A stretch of 64,000 bases of DNA from Okamejei kenojei (Eukaryota): assembly GCA_035221665.1 (NCBI GenBank), contig CM069160.1, positions 8,370,001 through 8,434,000 of the forward strand. The letters are read 5' to 3'. The notes below the pieces were generated by a model that was not told the DNA's origin, ran no database searches, and saw only the letters and a list, made by a program, of their open reading frames with translations. Shown here in pieces: positions 13,464 to 26,326 of the stretch. The translations under genes and the position numbers were made by a program. Position 1 is the stretch's first letter, and every line of letters begins with the position of its first letter.

Positions 13464-13549
13464 CTACAATGCTCCAACGATCATCACAAGCGTAGCCATG
13501 AGCACCAGCATGGAACTAGCTCCAAATGCCTCATGTGGCCCACCAACAC
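13464..13549 (-). CDS. Candidate exon 5 of the MHC class I gene: GPI-signal-like hydrophobic C-terminus and stop
   Basis: Unique, non-repeat sequence with acceptor tttgcttgctgggcAG. In phase 1 it reads GVGGPHEAFGASSMLVLMATLVMIVGAL*. A strong donor CAG|GTGAGC lies 33 nt after the stop (exon end 13431). I found no other phase-compatible hydrophobic exon between 21141 and here. Confidence 0.68.
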
Positions 13550-16500
13550 CTGCCCAGCAAGCAAATACAGTAGAAATTAGGCAAAGTACATAGATCATGT
13601 GATAGGAGCAGAATTGGGCCATTCAGCCCATCAAGTCTACTCTGCCATGGTTGCTCTATCTCTCCCTCCTAACCCAATTCTGCCTTCTCCCCATAACTTC
13701 TGAAACCTGTACTAATCAAGAATCTATCTATCTGCCTTCAATATATCCACTGGTGGCCTCCACAGCCTTCTGTGGCAAAACATTACTCAGAGTTGCCACA
13801 CTCTTTATATGTCTTAGGATCATACAGCATGGAAAACAAACACCTTGCCCTAACTCTTTGGTCTAGTTAGTGTGGTTTATTGTCACGTGTACTGAGGTAA
13901 AGTGAAAACTCATCCTTGCCAACATATGATGCCCCATCTCAGCTAATCCTATTTGCCCATGTATCAGTCCAAGTATCTTAAATGCTGTTATAGTACCTGC
14001 CACAACTACCTCCTCTGGCATTTCGTTCCATGTACCCACCACCCTCAAATTCCCTCAGTTTCCTATTACATCTTGTCCCTCTCACCTTAAACATACACCC
14101 TCTGGTTCTTGATTCCCCTTTCCTAGATAAAAGACTGGGCATTCACTCTATCTATTCCCCTCATTTGTTCACCTCTATAAGATCACCCCTCAGACTCCTG
14201 TGCTCTAAGAAGTTCTAGCCTGCCTAACTTCTCCCGATGCTCAAACTTTTACAGGTAAGAAGCCGAAGCTCTCCCGAAGCTCAAACTTTTACAGGTAACA
14301 TCGCAGGTCAGGCAGCATCTCTGGAGAAAAGGAATAAGTGATGCTTCGGGTCAAGACCCTAATTCAGACCCTCCCCATGCTCAGTCTCTTGAGTCCTAGC
14401 AGCATCCTTGTATATCTTCTCTGCACTCATTCCATCTTAATGAAATCCTTGTTATGGCAGGGTGACTAAACCTGAACACAATACTCCAACTGTGGCCTCA
14501 CAAAATTCTTGTACAAATGTAACGTAACGTCTCAACTTCTATCTTTAATACCATGCCTGATGAAGCTCAATGTACCACAAGCTTTCTTTACTGCCCTAAA
14601 TACCTTTTTAATGCCAGTGTCATGGAACTCTGTACCTGTACTCCAAGATTCCTCTGCTCTATAATGCACTCCAGGACCCTGCCAATGATGGCACTGGAGG
14701 GGATGCAGGTGAGATTTACAGAGACTGAGTAAATTAGCCATAGAGTCATCCAGTCCAGAAAAAGACCCTTTGGCCCAGTTCGTTCTTGCTGACCAAGATG
14801 ACCCAGTTGCCCATGTCAGGAATATTTGAATAGGCTGTGGTTCTTTAGTTTATTTTTAGTTTAGAGATACAGCCATCTCTGCACATTAACACTATCCTAC
14901 ACATACACTAGAGACAATTTACAATTTTACACTTAAACCAGCCAATTAACATACAAACTTTTACATCTTAGGAGTGTGGGAGGAAACCGAAGATCTATGA
15001 GAAAATCCATGCGATCACGGGGAGAACGTACAAACTCCATACAGACAACTCCCATAGTCAGAATCGAACCTGGGTCGCGGGCGCTGTAAGGCAGCAACTC
15101 TACCGCTGCACCACCGTTCCTCTCAGGAAGCTGAAGGTTGGATTAATATGGGACCTGACAGAGTAAATAGGGAAGACCTACTGTCCTCAACAGAGCAGTC
15201 AAAACAAAATGAAAGATTGGATGTGATCGGTAGGATTCGGAGGAGAGTTTGAAACATTTTCCACAAAGGTGTGAGGGGTCTGGAAATCATTGCAGGTAAA
15301 GTGTTATGGAGACAGGAACACTGACCACATTTAAACTGGCTCAATGTGTACTTGAATTGCTGATCTTTGAACCCAATGCTCGAAGATGGGGTGACCGATA
15401 AGATACTTTAGAACTTTATTCATCCCAGGAGGGAAATTCATCTGCCAACAGTCATAAAAACACAAAATATATGAAACATAAAATTAATGTGACGAGTGGA
15501 AAGGATTGGGGCTGTGCAAAGATTGGAGAGGGTGGAGGGTGGGTGGGAGTGGAGAGTCTGTCTCAGTCTACCCCACAACAGAAGAGGTCACAGCCTCAGA
15601 ATTAAAGGACGTTCTTTTAGGAAGGAGATGAGAAGGAATTTCTTTAGTCAGATGGTGGTGAATCTGTGGAATTATTTGCCACGTAGGGCTGTGGAGGCCA
15701 AGTCAGTGGATATTTGTAAGAGATAGATAAATTCTTGATTAGTAAGGCTGTCGGGTTATGGGGTGAAGGCAGTAGAATGGGATTAGGAGAGAGAGATAGA
15801 TCAGCCAGGATTGAAAGGTGGAGTAGACTTGATGGGCTGAATGGCCTAATTCTGCTCCTATTACTTATGAAATGAGTACAGGAGGAACTCAGCGGGTCAG
15901 TCAGCATCTGTGGAGGGAAATGGACAGGCAACGCTTCAAGTCAAAACTCATGCTTAGGATTACAGCATCTGAAGTTCTTTGTGTCCATTCCCTCCCCAGG
16001 TGCTGCCTGATCTGCTGAGTTACTCCAGCACATTGTGTCTTGTTCAGGATTCCGCTGCACTTCATTGTGTCTGACCCCAAACGCCACTTGTTCCATTTCC
16101 CTGCACTGGGGCAACCTGACCGCCTGAGTTTGTACAGCGCTTTCTGTTTTCCTCAACGTCCCAGCATTTGGAGCTTCTTGTTTTTGACTGCAAACAAAGG
16201 AGATCGTGATGGGCTTCAGGAAGTGAAGAGGCACAGTCTTTTACCCAGAGTAGGGGAATCAAGAACCAGAGGAGATCAGTTTAAGGTGAGAGGGGAAAGA
16301 TTTGAGGGGCAACTTTGAGGGGCAACGTTTTTGGACAGCAGGTGGTGGTTATGAAATGAGCGGCCAGAGGAGTAAGTTAGGCAGAAATTATCACAGCTTT
16401 TAAAAGACAGTTGGATAGGAAATGTTTAGAGGTATATGGACCAAACATGAGCAGGTGGGGATGGAGTTGCTGGCGCACCTTGGCCGGCATGGGCAAGCTG

Positions 16501-17519
16501 GGCTGAAGGGCCCGTTTCCGTGCTTTAGGACTATGACTGTAACTGTGGACATAAACAAGGTCTGTTGTACATGTAGCACTGTTCTCAAAGCAAGGTTGCT
16601 CAAGATTGCTGAAGAAAGGTCTCGACCCGGAACATCACCCATTCTCTCCAGAGATGCTGCCTGTCCCACTGAGTTACTCCAGCATTTGATGTCTATTTTA
16701 GATTTAAACCAGAATCTGCATTTCCTTCCTGCACAAGGTTTCTCAAGTGTTACCACAGACCATCCGAGACTAATGATGTAACTATGCCCATATTGTATCT
16801 CTATGTCTTACTGCATGGCAACCAACGCATCTACCATTCTTACTTCATAAACCTTTGAACAAAAATAGCCTCCAAGTTGCATCAGACGGGGGATTCCAGT
16901 AAAATAAAATCAAACTGGTTTTGCAACTGGCATCAGAATGTTGATGAAGGATATTTGATCTAGTTGCTCTGTTTCTCTCACCACAAATGAAACTTAATCT
17001 TCTGAATGTTTGCAGCACATTCTGCTTTTATTTTAGATTTCCAGAAGCTGCAGTTGTATTTAATTGATTTTGAACTCTGTTGAACCACCACATGTGTAAG
17101 GAAGGACATTGTTGATATATGCAGGTAACGCCAGGAAAATACAATGGGATCTTCAAACACAATGGTGGGGCTCCAGCGTGAACTGATATAATGGGAACAC
17201 TCATTTAACATACCAGTTTTGAGAAAGTTATCGATTTCTAATTAGGCTCTGTTGCAGCTGGTAGAGTCATAGCCGTAGAGCATGGAAACCGGCCCTTCAG
17301 CCCAACTTGCCCTTGCTAACCAAGATGCCCCATCTACACCCGTCCCACCTGCCCAGGTTTGGCATATAACCCTTTCCTACCCATGTGGCTATCCAAAGAT
17401 CTGTTATGGTACCTGCCCTCGCTGCCTCTTCTGGTAGTTCTTTCCATATACCTACCATCCCCTGTGTGAAAAAGTTGCTTCTCAAGTTCTATTTCTCTTT
17501 CTCAACTTAGAACCATTTA

Positions 17520-18508
17520 CAATACAATACAATATACAATATTTATTCATTGTCATTTGAACCTGAGAGAGTTAGATAGAGCTCTAGGGGCTAGTGCAGT
17601 CAAGGGATATGGGGAGAAGGCCGGCACGGGTTATTGATAGCGGACGATCAGCCATGATCACAATGAATGGCGGTGCTGGCTCGAAGGGCCGAATGGCCTC
17701 CTCCTGCACCTATTTTCTGTGTTTCTAACCTCAATGAGGCTCAAACGGAACTGTTTCTACAGCCATACAAACAGAACAATTTCTACAAGACACACAAATA
17801 ATTAAATTCACACAAACATCCATCACGGTGAATCTCCTCCTCACTGTGATGGAAGGCAAAATCTTTTCTCTCCCCTGTGTTCCATTTTTCTCCCGCTGTT
17901 AAAGCCCTAGGCGGGCGATGGTAAGTCCCACGGCCGTTGAGGCCGCGCTGGGCGATGTACGGCCCTGCTCCAGGTCTTAATGTCTCAATGTGGGAGCCCC
18001 CCGGAAGGCGTTGGCATGTCCCGCGACCGTTAAAGTCGCGCCGGGCGATGTACGCCCCCGCGACACAGGCGGGAGAGGTTTTGTTGCGGGAGCTCTGAAA
18101 AACGGTCTCCCACCAGGCCCCCGCAAGCTCCCGATGTTCCTTTCCACTGGGCCTGCGCCTGGAGCCTCCAAGCTCCGGAGTCGGGCCTCAGCAGCGAGCC
18201 ACCACCTTTCCCCACGCTCCGAGGCCGACCAGCCCCACGATGGTACGTAGTCCGCAGGCTTCACGACTGGAGCCCCAGGTCGTTCCGGTTGGAGGCCGCT
18301 CCACGGTACTAGGCTCCAACGACAACGGAGACCCGACAGGAAAAAGGTCGGGTCTCCCGTGCAGGGAAGAGATTTTAAAAGTTCCCCCCGCCCCCCACAT
18401 ATACATAGCCAAAAACAGTGTAAAAGAACACAACAACTACATTTCACTGGACAAAAAAAAAAGTCAGACAGACTGCAGGGTCCGCTGCAACATGAGTCAC
18501 GCCCCCAA
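17520..18508 (-). mobile_element. GC-rich non-autonomous retroelement family with microsatellite tail
   Basis: Related blocks at about 25620-26225, 39810-40560 and (partial) 42050-42440. The first three share a cactgtgatggaaggc-like motif and a (TTGTA)/(TGAA)/(TCTTG)-type tail. Confidence 0.5.
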
Positions 18509-21140
18509 CTGAATTTGTTCTTGATTCCCTTACTCTGGTTAAAAGACTATGCATTCGCCTTAACGTTTCCCCTCATGATCTGACACACCGCTGTAAGATC
18601 ACCCCTCTGCGTCCTGCGCTCTATGGAATAAAGTCCTAACCTGCCCCACCTCTCCCTGTAACAGGCCCCAAAGTCTTAGCAACATCCTCAGAAATCTTCT
18701 CAGTACTCATTCCAGCTTAATGACACCCTTCCTAGAGCAGGGTAACGGGGTGGAGCTGCTGTCTCAATGCGACAGCGACCCGGGTTCTATCCTGATACCT
18801 GGTGCCAACTGCGTGGAGTTTGCGCATGCTCCCTGTGACTGAGCGGGGTTCCTCCGGGTGCTCCGGTTTCGGCGAACATCCCAAAGACATGCGGGATTGC
18901 CCCCAGTGTGTAGGGAGTGGATGAGAAAGTGGATGGGATAACATAGAAACGACGTGAGTGAGTTTAGTTGAGCTTAGTGGAGTTTAGTATATTGTCTGAG
19001 AAAGTGAATGAATAGCTTTTTGATGCATGATAAAGTCTGATTAAAGATAGTCTGAGGATTGGAGGAATGAGTGATCTGTGGTCAGCGTGGACTTCGTAGG
19101 CAAAGGGCTTGTTTGCATGCTGTGTCTGCCAATCAATTAAAAATGTTAAGTATAACAATTAACTACAGATGCTGGTTTACACTGAAGATAGACACAAAAT
19201 ATTAGAGTAACTCAGCAGGACAGGCAACATCTCTGGAGAAAAGGAATAGGTGACGTTTCGGGTCGAGACACTTTATCAGATTGGTGTCAAAAATATTTCT
19301 TATTTTGGGCTGGATATTTGTCCGACAGCTCAAAGGTAAGTTAATGCTGGGTCTATAAGGATGTCTGTAGACATAATAGCAGTTTCTCAAATTATGACAG
19401 ATGTAGATTTGGTGGAGAGTGAGAATTTCTTTTCCCAGAATGGAAAGGACAAAGATTAGAGGGTATAGCTTTAAGGTGAGAGGGACAGGCTTTAAAGGAA
19501 GAAGAAGAAGGGTATCGGCCCGAAACGTTGCCTATCTCCTTCGCTCCATAGATGCTGCTGCACCTGCTGAGTTTCTCCAGCATTTTGTGTACCCCCAGGC
19601 TTTAAAGGAGATGTGCGGAGCATGTTTCTTTTTTAAACATAGGGGAGTGGTGGGTGCCTGGAATGCACAGCCAGGGGCTGTGGTGGTGAGGCAGATGTGA
19701 TAGAGGTATTTAGGAGGCTTTTATATCACCACATGGATATGCAGAAAATGGAGCTATGTGGTTCACATGCTGGCAGAGGAGTTTAACTGGCATTCAATAC
19801 GATAGAAGGTTATTTATCCCAGGAGGGAAATTGGTCTGCCAACAGTCATAAACACATCAAGATACATGAAACATGGAATTAAAGTGACTAGTGGAAACGA
19901 TTGTTGATGTTCAAAAATTGGGGATGGAGGGAGGAGGGGGGGAGGGGGGAGGGGAGTCAATCTACCTTACGACAGAAGTGGGAGGAGTTATAGTTTGGAA
20001 GCCACAGGGAAAAAAAGGATCTGTACTGCAAATTGGTGGAACTAGTCTGTTGCTGAAGGTACTTCTCAGGTTGACCAGTGTGTCACGGAGGGGGTGAGCT
20101 GTACTGTCCAAGATGCTTTGCAGTTTGAGGAACATCCCTCCAAGACCATCTCCCACGAATCCAACTCCACCCCCAGGATGGAGCCAGCCTTCCCAGCACA
20201 CGGCAGCGAAGAAGACGGCACTGGCCACCACCAATTGGTGGGACATCTGCAGCATCCTACTGCAGACGTTGAAGGAGCCTCATATTCAGCATGGACATTG
20301 AGGGCTGAGGGTCAGTTCCTGTACTATACTGTTCTATGTTTCATGTCATTCAAACCCCATGTGTTCCTTCCCCATAAAATACGGTGAATTCCCCAATATT
20401 GCCAGACTTCCACGAAAGATGCTCCGAGTCCACGGTGACCATCGGTCACCCGTTCACACTGAGCTCATAAGTCCTAGGAGCAGAATAAGGCCATTGGCCT
20501 ACCAAGTCTACTGTGCCATTCATTCATGGCTAATCTATCTTTCCCTCTTAACCCCATTCTCCTGCCTTCTCCCCATAACGCGTGATACGCTTACTCATCA
20601 AGAATCTGTCAATCTCCGCCTTTGTGAATATCCATTGATGATCTCCACAGCCGTTTGTGGCAATGAATTCCACAGATTCACCACCCTCTGACTAAAGACA
20701 TTCCTCCTCATCTCCTTTCTAAAGGCAAGTCCTTTTATTCTGAGGGTATGGCCTCTGGTCCTCAACTCTCCCACTAGTGGAAACATCCTCTCCACATTCA
20801 CTCTATCCAGACCTTTCACAATTCAGTACGTTTCAATGAGGTCCCCCCTCATCCATCTAAACTCCAGTGAGTACAGGCTCAGTGCCTTCAAACAATCATC
20901 ATATGTGAGCCCAATCATTCCTAGAATCTTCCTCGTAATACTTCTCTGGACCCTCTCCAACGGCTGCACATCCTTCTTCAGAGGAAGGGATGTTTCCTTA
21001 AAAATATCCATTGACTTGGCGTGCACGGCCTTCTGTGGCATTGAATTCCACAGATTCACCACCCTCCAACTAAAGAAATTCCTCATCTCCTTTCTACAAG
21101 CAGGAGTGAAGCAGATTGTGGACAACATACAGTGACTTAC

Positions 21141-21422
21141 CTCCACTAAGTGTCATTGTCAGCGTCTCTGACAGGCTGCTGTGCTGGACCTGACAGCTGT
21201 ACATCTTCGGATCTTGGCCGTGTAGCTCGATGAGCAGTTCCATCCTGTACGTGTCATCGTGGTTTGGTAGAAGGATCTCGTTTATGCCTTTGGAGACGGC
21301 CTGCCCATTTCTCAGCCAGGTGGCGTTGATGGCGCGGGGGTAAAAGGGAGTGATGACGCACCGGAGACCCTCGCCTGTGTCAGCCGTCAGCTCCCTTTTC
21401 AACACTGTCACCCCTGGAACAA
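21141..21422 (-). CDS. Non-classical MHC class I heavy chain, exon 4 (alpha3, Ig C1-set domain)
   Basis: Acceptor ctccccAG and donor G|GTAAGT, 282 nt. Encodes VVPGVTVLKR...LRCVITPFYPRAINATWLRNG...LLPNHDDTY...YSCQVQHSSL...LSG, with the C1-set motifs C..FYP..I..W and YxCxVxH. Confidence 0.95.
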
Positions 21423-21529
21423 CTGGGGAGGAATGGAGAGTAACGTCACTAATTTAGCACAGTGGACATTATCTTACAGATGGGGATTATGCACACCAGC
21501 CTTGCTGTCTCACCATTACACTCACAAAC

Positions 21530-22180
21530 TAGTTAGCTCGTTCATGAAACATGGTGGAGTACATGCCCCACTCAGTATCAATTGTGCCAAAGTAGAAATA
21601 GTTCAGATCTTCAAGTTCTTGGCATTAGTATTACCAACGATCTATCACAGACCAACCGCATTGATACAACAGCCAAGAAGGCATACCAAGGCCTTTACTA
21701 CCTTAGGAGACTCAGGAAATTTGGCATGACTCCAATGATTCTTACAATCCGCTGCAGAAGCCCCATACTGTCACTGCTTGGTTTGGGAACAGCTCTACCC
21801 AAGACCACAAAAGATTACAAAGAGTTGTAGATATAGCCCAGACCATCATGCAGTCCAGACTCCCCATCACTGACTCCATCTACATTTCACGCTGCCACAG
21901 AAAAGCAGCCAACACAATCAAAGACTTGTCCCACCCTCGGTCATTCCTTCTTCTCCCTGCTCCCGTCGGGCAAATGGTACAAAGGCTTGAAAGCGTGCAT
22001 CACCACCACCACCTCTGCTACCAGGTTTCTGAGCGGTCCTTCCATAAGCTGGAGTACTGTCCAATTCACCTCTACCCCATTGGATTCTGTCTCTTGGACT
22101 GATGAACTGTATCTTCCCCTTAGCACTATCTATTGTACTTGAGTTTAACTTTATTATATTTACATACAGTATAATCTGAT
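21530..22180 (+). mobile_element. Rex1/Babar-type LINE 3' fragment in MHC intron 3
   Basis: Degenerate translation FKFL.., KKAYQGLYYLRRLRKFG and IKDLSHP. Confidence 0.7.
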
Positions 22181-23234
22181 CTATCTCTCCATCCTCACCC
22201 CATTCTCCTGCCTTCTCCCCATAACCTCAGGCACCCTACTAATCACTGGAATTTAGAAGGATGAGAGGATATCTTGTAGAAACATATAAAATTATAAAAG
22301 GACTGGACAAGCTAGATGCAGGAAAAATGTTCCCAATGTTGGGGGAGTCCAGAACCAGGGGCCACAGTTTAAGAATAAGGAGCAAGCCATTTAGTACGGA
22401 GACGAGGAAACACTTTTTCTCACAGAGAGTTGTGAGTCTGTGGAATTCTCTGGATACTTTTAAGAGAGAGCTAGATAGGGCTCTTAATGATAGCGGAGTC
22501 AGGGGAGGCCATTTAAAACTGAGATGAGAAAAAAACGTTGTCACCCACAGAGTTATGAATTTGTGGAATTCTCTGCCACAGAAGGTAGTGGAGGCCAATT
22601 CACTGGATGAATTTAAAAAAGAGTTAGATAGAGCTCTAGGGGCTAGTGGAATCAAGGGGTATGTGGGAGAAGGCAATCACTGGTTACTGATTGTGGATGA
22701 TCAGCCATGATCACAATGAATGGCGGCGCTGGCTCAAAGGGCCAAATGGCCTCCTCCTGCACCTATTTTCTATAATTCAAATCAAAAAACTGTCTATCTC
22801 TGCATTTTTAAAAAGTCCACTGAATTGGCCTCTACAGCCTTCTGTGGCAAAGAATTCCACAGATTCACCACCCTCTGATTAAATACATTTCTCCTCATCT
22901 CATTCGTAAAACAATTCTGAGGCGGTGACTAGTCCTAGACTCTCCCACCAGTGGAAACATCCTCTCCATGTCCACTCTATCCAAACCTTTCACTGTTCTG
23001 CATGTTTCAATCAGGTCCCTCCTCATTCTTCTAAACTCCTGCGAGTACAAGCCCAGTGCTGGAAAATGGTGATCATAGATTAACCCACTCATTCCTGGGA
23101 TCAATTTTGTAAACCTCCTCTGGACTCTCTCAAGAGCCAGCACACGCCGAAAATTGCTCACAATTGACCAGCAAATCGCTTGCCATCCCAGGTCAAAAAT
23201 TCCCTCTTTGCCCCTGATCAGCAGACAGAATGTT

Positions 23235-24125
23235 AAATCCCTCACCAACCCAGATCAGGAACCATTACAATCCTGGACCAGGTTATCATTCACTGTCCAG
23301 AGAAGGAGATCTCTCACCGTCAGATCATAAGCTCCCTCACCATCCTAGATCATAGATCCCTCATTGTCCCAGATCAGAAGGCCTCTGTCAATTCTGGATC
23401 AGGATATCATTTACCGTCCAGACCGTGAGATTCCTCACTGTTCAGACCAGAAGATCCCTGACCACCAAGTCAGTGGATATATTTAAGGCAGTGATAGATA
23501 GATGTTCAAGAAGGAAGTGCAGATGCTGGAAAATCGAAGGTAGATAAAAGTGCTGGAGAAACTCAGTGGGTGCGGCAGCATCTATGGAGCGAAGGAAATA
23601 GGCAACGTTTCGGTAGAAAGGGTTCTCAATTCTGAATTTTGAAGAAGGGTTTCGGCATGAAACGTTGCCTATTTCCTTCGCTCCATGGACGCTGCTGCAC
23701 CCGCTGAGTTTCTCCAGCACTTTTGTCTACCAGTGATAGATAGATTCTCAATTAGTACGGGTGTCGGAGGTTATGGGGAGAAGGCAGCAGAATGGGGTTA
23801 GCAGGGAAAGATAGACCAGCCATGACTGAATGGCAGAGTAGACTTGATGGGCCGAATGGTCTAATTCTGCTCCTATCACTGATGATCTTGATCAGAAGCT
23901 CCCTCACCATCCGCGATTGGGAAATCGTCCCAGATCAGTGCTCCCTCACCATCATGGATGGGAGCTCCCTTGTTGTCTGGGTCAAGAGACACCTCACAGT
24001 CCCAGAGTGGAAGCTCCCTCACTACACTATATCGGAGCTCCCTCACCTCCCTGGATCAGAGCTTCCTCACTGCCCCAAATGGGTGCTCCCACACCTTCCC
24101 GGATCATAGCTCCCACTCCGTCACA
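23235..24125. repeat. Degenerate ~24-bp tandem repeat (cccagatcagaagctccctcacca-like), interrupted by a CR1/Penelope insert
   Basis: Visible recurring gatc..gagctccctcac units immediately 3' of the alpha2 donor. Confidence 0.6.
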
Positions 24126-24159
24126 CACAGGGGTTTAAGTACTGAGAAGTCCTACCTAC

Positions 24160-24429
24160 CTCTCCTCTCGAGTGCTGCGTCACCAAGCCGCAGAGCTTTC
24201 TGCAAGTCTGGAATGCAGCTGCTGGTCACTGCTTGAAGTACAGCATTATTAAAGAAAGTCTGTAGGTCCTGTGGATTGTTCAATAATGTAAGGATACCAG
24301 TGGCAGAACAGTTCGCTGCGACCAGATCACAGTCAATCTCACCGATGTCTTGGATGCCAAACTTTAGAAACAGATGGATCATATTTTCAGACTGTGTGCA
24401 GCCCCAAATCCCCTGGAAGTAGCTGATAT
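24160..24429 (-). CDS. Non-classical MHC class I heavy chain, exon 3 (alpha2 domain, divergent)
   Basis: Acceptor ccttacAG and donor G|GTAGGT, 270 nt, open, phase 1-1. Encodes DISYFQGIWGCTQSENMIHLFLKFGIQDIGEIDCDLVAANCSATGILTLLNNPQDLQTFFNNAVLQAVTSSCIPDLQKALRLGDAALERR. It has QxxxGC (C101), CxxxLxxxLxxG (C164) and the typical LERR end. Confidence 0.9.
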
Positions 24430-24989
24430 CTGTAAGGAACCAATTGTCATTAATGAGAAGCCATTCCCTATTGTAGATTGGTTATTGCATGTGAACCAAT
24501 CATAGTAGAGTAGCATCATTAACCCCACCTTACTGTATGCTTTATATTAACACCCACTTCGTACATTAAGTAGTCTTGGAAGCGGTAGTGATGAATTAAC
24601 AACTAACAACCTGCTGTACCGCTATACTATGTGTTACAATTAAAGATGACTTTAAACTCCAGGCCTGTGTAACATAATCATTTACACCTACCAAACACGG
24701 AAATGCGACACGCACTGTGTGACCACGAGATGCAGGGAGCAACAGACTGCAGTGAGGGAATGATGCTAGAGCCGGGGCTGAGGGTGGAGAGAATGCAGTG
24801 TTGTCGGTGGTGGTACAGCTCACAATGTCTCAAACGATCTGTGATCACGGTGAGCAAATGTGTACAGTCAGGGTGAGTGGGTACACAGGGGGATGATCAT
24901 GGCGAGGGGCTGTGTGTGCACTCACATCATTGTGTGCTAAGCAGGGGATCAAATAGGAGAGGGTGTACCGTGTATCATTGTGGGCAGAG

Positions 24990-25600
24990 CAGGGGATTAC
25001 AGCGAGAAGGTGTATTGTGGATCAGTGTGTGTATAGGGTAGGGTTTTACACTGAGAAGGTGTACTGTGGATCAGGGTGTGTATAGGGTAGGGGTTTACAG
25101 TGAGATGGTGAATTGTGGATCAGTGTGTGTATAGGGTAGGGGATTACAGTGAGATGGTGTACTGTGGATCAGGGTGTGTATAGGGTAGGGGTTTACAGTG
25201 AGATGGTGAATTGTGGATCAGTGTGTGTATAGGGTAGGGGATTACAGTGAGATGGTGTATTGTGGATCAGTGTGTGTATAGGGTAGGGGATTACAGTGAG
25301 ATGGTGAATTGTGGATCAGTGTGTGTATAGGGGAGGGGATTACAGTGAGAAGGTGTATTGTGGATCAGGGTTGTATAGGGTAGGGGATTACAGTGAGAAG
25401 GTGTATTGTGGATCAGTGTGTGTATAGGGTAGGGGATTACAGTGAGATGGTGTATTGTGGATCAGTGTGTGTATAGAGTAGGGGATTACATTGAGAAGGT
25501 GTACTGTGGATCAGGGTGTGTGTAGATTAGGGGATTACAGTGAGATGGTGCACTGTGGATCAGGGTGAGTATAGAGTAGGGGTTTACAAAGAGATGATGT
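24990..25600. repeat. 49-bp minisatellite in MHC intron 2
   Basis: Unit GGGGATTACAGTGAGATGGTGTATTGTGGATCAGTGTGTGTATAGGGTA, about 12 copies. Decayed copies extend to about 24840, 26235-26330 and 26830-27085. Confidence 0.9.
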
Positions 25601-26326
25601 GCATTGCATCATTGTAATTCTAATTGTAATTCATTCATTCACCAAGTATGTAAAAACATGCAAAGAATTTGATTTGCCATTCAGTCATACCAAAAAAAGC
25701 AACAAGACACATGAAACAACATAAAAATTAACATAAACATCCACCACTGTGATGGGATGGAAGGCAATAGCGTATTATCTTCTTCCCTGCTTTTTCTCTC
25801 GTGGTCGAGGGGCAGTCGAACCATCCGCAGTTGGGCTGATCGAAGCTCCCGCAGCTGGAGATGAAGCTCCCGCGTCGGGGCGATCGAAGCTCCTGCAGTT
25901 TGAGCTCCCGAAGTCGATCCCTAACCAAGGGACCATGATTTCCACGATGTTAAGTCCGCAGGCTCCCGCAGTTGGAGCTCCCGCAGTCGATCCCTAACCA
26001 AGAGACCGCCAGCTCCACGATGTTAGGCCGCAGTGTGGACGGATTTACGATACGGAAAAAGTCGCATCTCCGACGAGGAAAGAGACAAAAATGTTTCCCC
26101 CATCCCCCACATAATACAAACTGAAGATACAATAACACATACATTTAACAATGGACTAAAAACAACAAAAGAAGAAACGGACGACAAGGACTGTTGGCGA
26201 AGCTGCCATCGTACGATGCCACCCGCTATTAATCCATTGTGTGTATAATGCAGGGGATAGTGAGAGATGGTGTACTGTGGATCCGTTTATACAGTGCAGT
26301 GGATAGTGAGAGATGGTGTACTGTGC

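Noticed and set aside
17030-17183. Alternative exon after alpha3 (acceptor tatcAG near 17184, minus strand)
   Set aside because: The phase-1 translation VHAGAPPLCLKIPLYFPG... has no TM or GPI-like segment and the acceptor is weak. The 13549 exon fits much better.
24990-25600. CRISPR-like regular repeat
   Set aside because: Contiguous tandem units without unique spacers, in eukaryotic DNA. This is a minisatellite.
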